Below, in pieces: positions 20,278 through 30,100 of a stretch of DNA of 64,000 nt (position 1 is the stretch's first letter; every line of letters starts with the position of its first letter). The position numbers and the translations under genes are program-made. The DNA is from an uncultured Alphaproteobacteria bacterium (GTDB lineage Bacteria; Pseudomonadota; Alphaproteobacteria; Rhizobiales; Xanthobacteraceae): contig CAWGYY010000004.1 of NCBI GenBank assembly GCA_963826945.1, positions 222,399 to 286,398 of the forward strand, written 5' to 3'. The notes beneath the pieces are model-generated. The model saw only the letters and a program-made list of their open reading frames with translations. It searched no databases and was not told the DNA's origin.

Positions 20278-21457
20278 ATGAGTGAGGCCATCGTCGTGGT
20301 CAATGCGGGCTCCACCAGCCTGAAGTTCGCCGCCTATGCGGTGGACGCGTCCCGGTCGCTGCCTCTGCTCTGCCGCGGCGAGATCGAGAGCATGGAAGGT
20401 GATCCGCATTTTGTCGTCACGAACGCGGCTGGCAAGCACTTGGGCGTGCATGAATGGGGCAAAGACAGCGCGATCGATCACAAAACAGCGCTGCACTTCG
20501 TCATCACCTGGCTGGAAACCAATCTGGGTGACCGCAAGGTCATGGCCGCCGGTCATCGTATTGTGCTCGGCGGCCCCCGCTTCGAGGCGCCCGTGCGGGT
20601 CGACAGCGACGTGCTGGACTATCTCGACTCGCTTGTGGTCATGGAGCCGTCGCATCAGCCCTACAACGTGCTAGGAGCCCGCGCGCTGGCCGAGGCGTTC
20701 CCCGGCCTGCCGCAAGTGGCTTGTTTCGACAGCTCGTTCCATCGGACCATGCCGGAGGTGGCGCAGATCTACGCGTTGCCAAAGGATGTGCGCGATGCCG
20801 GGGTGCGGCACTGGGGCTACCACGGCATTTCCTACGAGTACATCAGCCGTCAGGTGCCGAAGTTCGCACCGCAGGCACGGCGCGTCATCGCCGCGCATCT
20901 CGGCGGCGGCACCAGTATGTGCGCGATGCTGGACGGGCGCAGCGTCGAAACTACGATGGGCTTCGCCGCCATTTCCGGCCTGCCCATGGCGACGCGCTCG
21001 GGCGACGTGCCGGCGGGCGCGCTGTTCTATCTGCTGCGCCGTAAGCTGTTCGACGACGCGTCGCTGGAGAAGATGCTCTACGATCGCGCGGGCCTGCTCG
21101 GCCTTTCCGGAATCAGCGAGGACATGCGGGTGTTGCAGGACAGCACGGATCCGCATGCGGTCGCGGCGGTGGAGTATTTCGTCTACGCGATGACCAAATA
21201 TGCCGGCGCCTACGCGGCCGTGCTCGGCGGGCTGGATGCTTTCGTCTTCACCGCCGGCATCGGTGAGCACTCCGCCCCCGTCCGCGCGGCGCTGTGCGCC
21301 AAGCTGGCGTGGCTCGGCGTGAAGCTGGACAAGCAGGCGAACGATTCCAACGGCCCCCGTATTTCCACCGCGGACAGTCGGGTTTCTGTATGGGTCATTC
21401 CGACCAGACGAGGAACTGATGATCGCGCGGCACACGTTGGCGCTCATTCGCCCTTAG
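20278..21457 (+). pseudogene. ackA: acetate/propionate kinase with a 1-nt insertion near 21406 (3' end)
   Basis: MSEAIVVVNAGSTSLKFAAY...GHRIVLGG...HLGGGTSMCA. The track ORF ends VWVIPTRRGTDDRAAH..., whereas deleting one A restores VWVIPTDEELMIARHTLALIRP* with a stop at 21455-21457. Confidence 0.85.
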
Positions 21458-21554
21458 CGCGCGCCAAGCCGCACATCTCGCCCCTCGGCTTCGGTGAGCG
21501 ATCTGCAACAGGAGAACTGAGTGCTGCTATGAGAGAACAGATGGAAGGTGGACA

Positions 21555-21992
21555 ATGAATCGTATCCTGGTGGCGACGGATGGATCTGAGGGCGCAGATC
21601 GCGCGGTCGATTATGCCGCCCGTCGGGCGAAGGCCGATGGTGCCGAGCTCTTGATCGTCAATGTCATGGGTGGCTACGGGCTCCCGGACAAGGTGTTCCT
21701 GGCTTTCACCAATGACCAGAACGTCTTGCTGAAAGAGCTGCTGGCATCTCAGTCGGCTGCGACACTGACGACGGCGAGAGATCGCGCCCGGGAAGCTGGC
21801 GTCAGCACAATTGTGCTCGAATCGCGGACCGGTGAAGTCGCGCAGACGATCATCGATATTGCGCACGAAAAGAAGGCGGACGCCATCGTCGTCGGCAAAC
21901 GGGGTGCCGGGCGGGTCGCGGGAGTTTTGCTCGGTAGCGTCTCGCAAAAACTTGTGAGTTTTTCGCCTTTGCCGTTGACCGTCGTCCCATGA
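21555..21992 (+). CDS. universal stress protein
   Basis: MNRILVATDGSEGADRAVDYAA...ADAIVVGKRGAGRVAGVLLGSVSQKLV. Confidence 0.9.
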   Translation: MNRILVATDGSEGADRAVDYAARRAKADGAELLIVNVMGGYGLPDKVFLAFTNDQNVLLKELLASQSAATLTTARDRAREAGVSTIVLESRTGEVAQTIIDIAHEKKADAIVVGKRGAGRVAGVLLGSVSQKLVSFSPLPLTVVP

Positions 21993-22278
21993 TCGGGAGC
22001 CATTCGGGATCACACTTGCACGCCATGCCAGCGGTTGAGTGGTGCTTGGCCGATCTAAATCGGACATGTTGACGGCACATCAAAGCCGCAAGGTCGTTTC
22101 CTGTGGCGCAGCAATTTGGTCGCAATCGAGTGTAGTCAACGTAACCATTCATCCAAAATGGCAAAAGGACTTCTTGGCATCAGTTGACGCTGCGTCTCAC
22201 GGCCAGAGTCGGTCCGACTCAATCAACCATTCGAATCAAATATCCAAGATTGGAAATTTTGAAACCGCGAGGCCATCA

Positions 22279-23283
22279 ATGAAAGTCGCCCTATTCAGTA
22301 CGCAGAATTTTGAGCGTCCATTCTTTATGCATGCGAACAAGAAGTTTCGCCACGAATTGCTTTTTCACAAAGAGGAATTGCACCAGGAGACTGCACCAAT
22401 GGCGGCAGGCTTCCCTGCCGTTTGCGCCTTCATCAATGACAAATTAGATGCTGTGACACTGAGTGCACTTGTGGCGGGGGGCACGCGATTGGTTGCTTTG
22501 CGCTCAGCAGGCTACAATAATGTGGATCTTCCCGCGGCCGACAAGCTCAAGATAACGCTTATGCGTGTTCCCGCTTACGCGCCAGCCGCCATCGCCGAGT
22601 ACGCCGTGGCGCTGATGCTGACACTGAACCGCCACATCCACCAAGCTTACAACCGGGTGCGCGAGGGCAATTTCGATCTCAACAACCTGATCGGGTTCAA
22701 TATGTCAGGCAAGACAGTCGGCATCGTTGGCACCGGCAAAATCGGCACTGCGCTGGCCCACATCATGAAAGGATTTGGCTGCGAGTTGCTGGGATATGAC
22801 GTCTATCATAATCCAACCTGCATTGAACTCGGTTTGCGATACACCGATCTGCCAACGCTTCTTGCGCAATCCGACATTATTTCCATTCATTGCCCTCTCA
22901 CGCCTGAAACAAAGCATTTAGTCAACGAACAAACGATCCAGCTAATGAAGCCCGGAACAATGCTCATCAATACAGCGCGAGGCGCGATCGTCGACGCGAG
23001 CGCCGTCATCGAAGCTTTGAAAAAGAAGGACCGCTTGAGCTACTTCGGTATGGATGTCTATGAAGAGGAAGGTCCGCTGCTTTTCTCGGATCTGTCGTCA
23101 ACCATCATCCAAGACGATGTGTTCGAACGTCTTACGACCTTGCCAAACGTGGTCGTTACCGGCCACCAAGCTTTTCTGACGCGCGAGGCGCTTACGCAAA
23201 TCGCCGATGTTACGCTCGGCAATATCAGCGATTTCGAAGCGGGAAGCCCAAAAGCCGAAAACATCATTACGGCACGCAAATAG
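22279..23283 (+). CDS. ldhA: D-isomer-specific 2-hydroxyacid dehydrogenase (D-lactate dehydrogenase-like)
   Basis: MKVALFSTQNFERPFF...GIVGTGKIGTALAHIMKGFG...NTARGAIVD...VVVTGHQAFLT; internal start of ORF 22039..23283. Confidence 0.85.
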   Translation: MKVALFSTQNFERPFFMHANKKFRHELLFHKEELHQETAPMAAGFPAVCAFINDKLDAVTLSALVAGGTRLVALRSAGYNNVDLPAADKLKITLMRVPAYAPAAIAEYAVALMLTLNRHIHQAYNRVREGNFDLNNLIGFNMSGKTVGIVGTGKIGTALAHIMKGFGCELLGYDVYHNPTCIELGLRYTDLPTLLAQSDIISIHCPLTPETKHLVNEQTIQLMKPGTMLINTARGAIVDASAVIEALKKKDRLSYFGMDVYEEEGPLLFSDLSSTIIQDDVFERLTTLPNVVVTGHQAFLTREALTQIADVTLGNISDFEAGSPKAENIITARK

Positions 23284-23364
23284 GATGATGGTCTTCTCGG
23301 GGATCGAGCGTCGCGAACCGAGGATACGTCAGCGTGCGTCATACCTGACAGGAGGAGGACTGCC

Positions 23365-23670
23365 ATGAAAGTTGCTGTGCTGATTACCGGAAGCGGCCCG
23401 CTGGTGATCGTAACGTCGCATGCCTCGTTTACTGATCCGGCGCTCGTCGAGAAACTTCGGGCAAAGGGCATCGAGAAGTTCATCGCCTACGAGGTGCCCC
23501 TCGCGATGGCGCAGGAGAGATATGGCGGGCATTTCCAAGTTGCCATGCAGGATCTACATGAATCAGATGATCTTCGCGTTCTAGATTTCAACGGTGAGCG
23601 GGCTTTTCGTCTCTTTCGACTCAAAGAGTTCGCCGCGCCCGTGATGTTCGAGCGTAGCGAGGGTTCTTGA
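23365..23670 (+). CDS. hypothetical protein
   Basis: 101-aa ORF preceded by AGGAGGA; protein-like composition. Confidence 0.55.
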   Translation: MKVAVLITGSGPLVIVTSHASFTDPALVEKLRAKGIEKFIAYEVPLAMAQERYGGHFQVAMQDLHESDDLRVLDFNGERAFRLFRLKEFAAPVMFERSEGS

Positions 23671-23687
23671 TCTTTGGGCTATTTTTG

Positions 23688-23701
23688 TTGATCTGGATCG
23701 A
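23688..23701. promoter_or_regulatory. FixK/FNR-like box TTGAT-CTGG-ATCGA
   Basis: One mismatch; upstream of the APC permease gene. Confidence 0.4.
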
Positions 23702-23959
23702 CGTGCATGCGCATCGCATCGAACATGTATCAACACGAAACTAGACAATGTCTGGAACTCGACTAAGCATGATTTTCTCTCGCTAATCCAACTCCGGCTC
23801 GACGTGAGCGTTCCGTTGGGGAAGGCTCGTGCGGCCGTCCCGTCTGCACCCCTTCGGCCGTAAAACCGCCGGAACATTGTGGGAGACATTTGCGGTTGCG
23901 AAGGGGAATTCGCATTCGGCGCCGCCCGCCAAGCGCGCGCGCTCGGGGAATAGCAAGAG

Positions 23960-26038
23960 ATGACCGGAGCCAAGGAGTTGAGAGACACAGCCGATCGTGG
24001 CGACGGCTCGGTGTCGCCGCTGGGGGTCCTAGCTCGCTTCCTGAGGGGGCGGCCGCTCGCCAATCGGGAAGGCCGCTCGCGCGAGATAGGCGTTGCCGAA
24101 GGGGTGCCGGCGCTCGGGCTCGATGGCCTGAGCTCTTCGGCATATGGACCGGAAGCGGCACTCAGCATCCTGGTAGCCGCGGGCGCAGCCGGGCTCGCCG
24201 ACCTCGGCCCGATCATGCTGATCATCCTCGCATTGCTGGCAATCCTATTCGTCTCATACTGGCAGACCATCAAAGCCTATCCGATAAGCGGCGGCGCCTA
24301 TACGGTCGCCAAGGAAAACCTTGGCGTGAACGCGAGCCTCTTGGCATCCGCGGGCATCATGGTGGACTACGTCCTGAATGTCGCCGTCGGCGTTTCCGCA
24401 GGCGTGGCGGCACTGGTTTCGGCCGTGCCAACACTACACCCGTATACGCTGCCGCTTTGCCTTGGCATCCTGGCCCTGCTGACGTTCGTCAACCTGCGAG
24501 GGACGATGGATGCCGGGCGGCTGTTCGCACTACCCACTTATCTATTCATCGCATGCTTCATGATTGTTCTCGCCCTCGGCGCTTATGCCGCTATGACGAG
24601 CGGCGGGCATCCGCAACCGGTCATGCCTCCGCCCGCACCGCCCAAAGCCGTCGAGGCGGTTGGCCTATGGCTATTGCTGCGGGCGTTCGCCAGCGGCTGC
24701 ACGGCGATGACCGGCGTCGAGGCGATTAGCAACGGTGTCGACGCATTTCGCGAGCCGTGCGTGGCCAATGCTCGCCGGACACTCGCCGCAATTGTCGTAA
24801 CTTTGGGCATCCTTCTCGCCGGCATCGCCTACCTCGCGATGTCTTATGGCATCATGGCGATTGACCAGACGCAGCCCGATTACCAAAGCGTGCTTTCACA
24901 GCTCGTCGGCGCGGTGGCGGGACGCGGCATCTTCTATTACGTGGCGATTGCCAGCGCGCTTTGCGTTCTTTGCCTGTCCGCGAGCACGAGCTTCGTCGGT
25001 TTGCCGCGTCTGTACCATGTCGTGGCGCAGGATGCGTTCTTGCCGCGGCCGTTTGCGACCTTCGGACGACGGCTGGTGTCTTCGGTCGGGATCATCTTTC
25101 TCGCGCTTACCGCCGGACTGCTGCTGACCGTATTTGACGGCATCACCGACCGCTTGATTCCGCTGTTTGCCATCGGCGCGTTCTTGACATTCACCATGTC
25201 GCAAACGGGCATGGTGGTGCATTGGCGGCGCGAGCTGCGCGATAAGCGCCACGCGACGGAACGCCGACGGGTCTGGATCAATCTCGTCATCAATGCCGTC
25301 GGCGCCTCGACAACGGCGACGGCGCTCGTGGTGATCGTAGTGGCCAAGTTCGCGCAGGGCGGCTGGATCACGATCGTCGCCATTCCTTGCGTGATCCTGC
25401 TGCACAAGGCGATTAAGCGGTATTACGACGACATCAACGATCAACTGCGGGATGAGGAGCCGCTCAAATTTCATCAGAGCAAGCCGCCGATTGTCCTGGT
25501 CACAGTACGAGAATGGAATCGAGTGACCCACAAGGTGCTCGGCCTCGCCATGGAGCTATCACCGGATGTGACGGCGGTTCGCCTGGCGGCGCTCGAAGGG
25601 CCGGACGTCAAAGGGGAAGAGCAAAAGCTTCGCGAGCAATGGGCCAAGGACGTCGAAGAGCCTGCGCGCGCGGCGCACTATCCGAACCCGCCGCAGTTGG
25701 CTTTCCTGAGCGCTCCCTACCGGCGCATTCACGCGCCGTTCTTGAAACTGATCAAAGAGATTGAGGATAAGAATCCCGATCGGACCATTGCGGTGCTGAT
25801 CCCGGAGCTCGTCAAGCAACACTGGTGGGACTACCTCCTGAGCGCCCAGCATGCCCGGCGGCTTCGCTCGGCGGTGCTCGCCTATGGCGGCCCGCGCGTC
25901 GTGGTCATCGCCGTGCCCTGGTATTTGACGCCGCCAAAGATCGAAGAGGCGATGAGCGAGGAAGAGGCCGCAGTACCCTTCAGAGTGCGAAATGTGCTCG
26001 GCTTCAGCCGGCGGCGCTCGAGTCGCAAGCCAGCGTAG
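23960..26038 (+). CDS. APC family permease with C-terminal cytoplasmic extension
   Basis: 692-aa ORF: GLDGLSSSAYGPEAAL...YPISGGAYTVAKENLG, about 12 TM helices, then a soluble tail. Confidence 0.85.
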   Translation: MTGAKELRDTADRGDGSVSPLGVLARFLRGRPLANREGRSREIGVAEGVPALGLDGLSSSAYGPEAALSILVAAGAAGLADLGPIMLIILALLAILFVSYWQTIKAYPISGGAYTVAKENLGVNASLLASAGIMVDYVLNVAVGVSAGVAALVSAVPTLHPYTLPLCLGILALLTFVNLRGTMDAGRLFALPTYLFIACFMIVLALGAYAAMTSGGHPQPVMPPPAPPKAVEAVGLWLLLRAFASGCTAMTGVEAISNGVDAFREPCVANARRTLAAIVVTLGILLAGIAYLAMSYGIMAIDQTQPDYQSVLSQLVGAVAGRGIFYYVAIASALCVLCLSASTSFVGLPRLYHVVAQDAFLPRPFATFGRRLVSSVGIIFLALTAGLLLTVFDGITDRLIPLFAIGAFLTFTMSQTGMVVHWRRELRDKRHATERRRVWINLVINAVGASTTATALVVIVVAKFAQGGWITIVAIPCVILLHKAIKRYYDDINDQLRDEEPLKFHQSKPPIVLVTVREWNRVTHKVLGLAMELSPDVTAVRLAALEGPDVKGEEQKLREQWAKDVEEPARAAHYPNPPQLAFLSAPYRRIHAPFLKLIKEIEDKNPDRTIAVLIPELVKQHWWDYLLSAQHARRLRSAVLAYGGPRVVVIAVPWYLTPPKIEEAMSEEEAAVPFRVRNVLGFSRRRSSRKPA

Positions 26039-26131
26039 GGGCATCTTTCACGGAATTTCGTGACGAAAAAGCGAGGGCATTGTGCGCCGCGCGTTATCGA
26101 GGATTATGAACTTGGCGCAGACTAGGGCGGT

Positions 26132-26863
26132 TCAATCGAGGTCGATGAACGTCTTCAATTGGTCGAGCTTGAGTTTGAGGTTTCGCGGCGCAACCCGGTG
26201 AAGCATGCCCTCGCCTTCAAGACCGGCCAGCGCGCGGGTCACCGTTTCCGCCGATGTGCCGAGATAGTCCGCGATATCGTACCGGCTCATCGGAAGGGTC
26301 ATAATTTGTTTGCTCTGATCGAAGTAATGTTCATGGGCAGAACAATCGACCAGGAAGACGGCAAGGCGTCGCTGAATGTTAAACCGACCCATCACAATGA
26401 GTTGGCGTTGCGTGTGGCGCAGGTCGTATACCGCCTTGATGAGGAATGCATCCTGAATTTTCGGATTCTTCAGAAGGAAGCGCTCAAGCTTTCTAACTGG
26501 GAACCGATAGACCCTGGACGAGGCGATGGTCTCCGCTGAATTGACGTATTTTCCATGATCCGCGAGCCCGAACAGGTCGCCGGGCCAATGAAATGCCAGG
26601 ATCTGACGTTCACCATTGCGCAGCGTGTGATAGATCCGAACCACTCCGTCGGTTAGGAGATAGGTGAAAGCAGCGTCATCGCCTTGTGAAAATATTTCCG
26701 AACCGACGGTCCGGAAGTCAATAATCTGCGCCACCCGCCGGAGCTCGGCCTTGTCGGAGGCGGTAAGTGCAAGATACGGCGCTTCCTCGCCGTGTTCGCG
26801 TGGCCGGCTGCGGGTCGCGCGTATGCGGATGTCGGCATGGCTTGGGTTGCTGGAGTTGCGCAT
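26132..26863 (-). CDS. Crp/Fnr family transcriptional regulator (FixK-like, no N-terminal Cys cluster)
   Basis: cNMP-binding fold plus HTH SRYDIADYLGTSAETVTRAL (an E--(S/T)R recognition helix that reads TTGAT boxes). Confidence 0.9.
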   Translation of the reverse strand: MRNSSNPSHADIRIRATRSRPREHGEEAPYLALTASDKAELRRVAQIIDFRTVGSEIFSQGDDAAFTYLLTDGVVRIYHTLRNGERQILAFHWPGDLFGLADHGKYVNSAETIASSRVYRFPVRKLERFLLKNPKIQDAFLIKAVYDLRHTQRQLIVMGRFNIQRRLAVFLVDCSAHEHYFDQSKQIMTLPMSRYDIADYLGTSAETVTRALAGLEGEGMLHRVAPRNLKLKLDQLKTFIDLD

Positions 26864-27094
26864 CAGGGGTCAGCCAACGCGCCACCGGACGGTTGCGTGG
26901 ACTTTATTGCTCACGGACGCTGCCGGCTTGAGGCGGACCTGACGTAGATTCCGGGCGAAAATCCCGCGTATGCCCAGTCAGGAAACAGCATCGTCTTGAT
27001 AAGTGTTTCACTACGGAACATGTTGGACAATCGGTTATCGGCCCGCATCTAAGATATGAAATTTGGGGGTCCCTCATCCTGACTTTTGTCAGGG

Positions 27095-27109
27095 CCCGAG
27101 AGCCTATCC
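27095..27109 (+). promoter_or_regulatory. recurrent upstream motif, weak copy 6
   Basis: CCCGAGAGCCTATCC, about 30 nt before ATG 27139; matches only the 3' half of the motif. Confidence 0.25.
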
Positions 27110-27138
27110 ACCACTAATTTGGCCGGGGACGGTGCGTC

Positions 27139-30100
27139 ATGTCCAAAAATCCAGTAGGGGCAAGATTCAACCTCGCCCCACCGTCGCGTGCTCGTGAACA
27201 CCTCATGCCTAAGCGTCTAATCAAGAGACAAGCGACCCATTCGCGTAAGGCCAAAACGGTGCGGCCGCGATCGAGCCGGCGCTCGCTTGCGGCGCGTAGC
27301 CCTCGTCGCGGCAGTGGGGAATTCCCGGTTGTCGGAATAGGCGCTTCGGCGGGTGGCCTTGATGCTTGCCGGAAGCTCATGGACGCGCTGCCCGCGGGCA
27401 GCGGCATGGCCTTCATCCTCGTCCAGCATCTCGATCCGACCCACGAAAGCATGATGGTGGAGCTACTGGCCGGCCACACGTCGATGAATGTGCGGCAGGC
27501 AACGGATGGAATGCCGATCGAGCGCGACCACCTCTACGTCATTCCGCCCGGAACCTATCTGTCTGTCGGCGACGGCGCCCTGCATCTTTCCCAGCCCCAG
27601 GCGCGTCATGGTTCGCGACTGCCTTTCGATTTTTTACTCCATTCATTGGCGGAAGACTACGGCAAGCGCGCCATTTGCGTGGTTCTCTCAGGAACAGGGG
27701 CCGACGGCAGCCTTGGTCTGAAGGTCGTGAAGGAAAAAAACGGGCTCGTCATCGCGCAGGACCCTGACGAGGCCAGCTATGATGGCATGCCGCGGAACGC
27801 GATCATGACGGGCGCCGTGGACCTTGTGCTTCCGGTGGCCAAGCTTCCTGAAGCGCTCGTCAAATACGGTCGGCGAATGGCGCTTTCTCGCAAGCAGAAC
27901 AATTTGCGCCCGCAGGATGTGCCGGAGGACCGCTTGGCCCAGATCGTCGATCTCCTGCGCACGAAAACCGGCCATGATTTCAGGCTTTACAAGCCAGGCA
28001 CGTTGCGGCGCCGGATCGAGCGGCGCATGGCGATGGCGGAGATCAAGACCGATGATATGGATCGGTATCTCGAACTGCTGCGCAACGATACAAGCGAGCT
28101 CGGTCTTCTTGCCAAGGACTTGCTCATCAATGTCACCAGCTTCTTCCGCAATCCGAAGGTTTTCGATTTTTTGGCGGAGAAGATCGTTCCCGAGCTGGTC
28201 CGCCACCACACGTCCAATGACCCGCTACGCATCTGGATTGCCGGGTGCAGCACAGGCGAGGAGGCTTATTCCCTTGCCATGCTCTTCCATGAACAGAGCA
28301 CTGCGGCCAAGCGCAACGTCAAACTGCAGGTCTTTGCCTCCGACGTCGATCCGGATGCTGTAGCGCACGCCCGCGAAGGTCTCTACCCGGAAATGATCGA
28401 GGCAGACGTGTCGGCGGCTCGACTAGCCCGCTTCTTTTCGAAGGACGGTCACAATTACAGAGTAACGCCCGAACTGCGTGCGGCGGTGGTCTTCACGGTA
28501 CAGGATGTGCTGACCGATCCGCCCTTCTCACGTCTCGACTTTGTTTCGTGCCGCAATCTTCTGATCTATTTGCGCCCCGAGGCACAGGCAAAAGTCATCT
28601 CGCTTTTCCATTTTGCGCTGCGCGAAGGCGGCCTTCTCCTTCTTGGCACCGCGGAGACAGTGGGCAACGCCACCGATCGCTTCGAGGCGATCGCCAAGCA
28701 GGAGCGGCTCTATCGGCACATCGGTCGCAGCCGGCCGGGAGAGCTTGGCTTTTCGCTGAGCGGCGGTGACGGCGTGCGAGTTCCCGCGCGCCCGGCACAA
28801 GGCCAATTGCCCTCGCACCAAGCCGCTCTCGCCGATCTTTGCCGACGGCTGCTACTGGAGACCTACGCGCCGGCGGCGGTCCTGATCAACCGCAAGCACG
28901 AGTGCCTCTATTCCTTGGGACCGACAGACCGTTACCTGCGCGTGGCGCCGGGACACCCTACTCAGGATTTGCTCGCCATGGTGCATCAGGGGATGCGTAC
29001 CAAGCTCAGGTCAGCAATCCAGTTGGCGAGCCAAGAGTACGCACGAATAGTCGTCCCCGGCGGGCGGACGAGCCACGGCCGCAATCCAGGCTCGTTCAGC
29101 ATGGCCGTACAGTCGGTTCTGAGCGAAGGCGAGGAGCTTCTGTTGATTTGCTTCATCGACGAGCCGATGCAGGAGCGGAGACAAGGTCGCCCGACCGCTC
29201 CGGGAGACGTTCCGCGGGTTGCCGAGCTCGAGCGGGAACTCGAAGCCACCAGAACCGAGCTCGAAGGTGCCATCCGGAACCTTGAGATTTCGAACGAAGA
29301 GCAGAAGGCGGCCAACGAAGAAGCATTGTCCAACAACGAGGAATACCAAACGACGAACGAGGAGCTACTGACGTCGAAGGAGGAATTGCAGTCGCTCAAC
29401 GAGGAACTTACCGCCCTCAATAGCCAGCTCCAGGAAACCCTGGAGCGGCAGCGTACGACCTCCAATGATCTGCAAAATATCCTGTACAGCACCGATGTTG
29501 CGACGATCTTCCTCGACACCAACCTGAATATCCGCTTCTTCACGCCTGCAACTAAAGCGCTCTTCCATGTCATTCCCAGCGACGTCGGGCGGCCGCTCGC
29601 AGACCTTAGCTCGCTAGCAGCCGATAACGCCCTTCTGGCGGATGCCCGAACGGTGCTGCAAACCCTCGCGCCGATCGAGCGAGAAATCAAAGCTCAGAGT
29701 GGCGCCTGGTACATCCGTCGCGTGTTGCCGTACCGCACCCAAGAGAAGGGTGTGGACGGCGTAGTCATCACCTTTGTCGAAATCACCGAGCGCAAGCACA
29801 TAGCGGAGGCACTGGAGACGGCAGAGCGGCAAGCTGAGCTGGCCAATGCCGCTAAATCACGGTTTCTCGCTGCCGCGAGCCATGACCTGCGGCAGCCGCT
29901 GCAAACGCTCAAGCTAGTGCAAGGCATCTTGGCCAAGAAGATCAAGGAGAACAAGAACGACGAAGCCTTGCAGCTGGTCACACGGCTCGACGAGGCGGCG
30001 GCCGCTATGGCGGGCATGCTGAACGGGCTGCTTGACATAAACCAGATCGAGGCTGGCATTGTCCACGCCGAAATGGTCAGTTTCCCAATCAAGGGTTTGC

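Noticed and set aside
22068-22082. TTGAC-GGCAC-ATCAA upstream of ldhA as a FixK box
   Set aside because: The spacer is 5 nt rather than 4, and the left half-site is imperfect.
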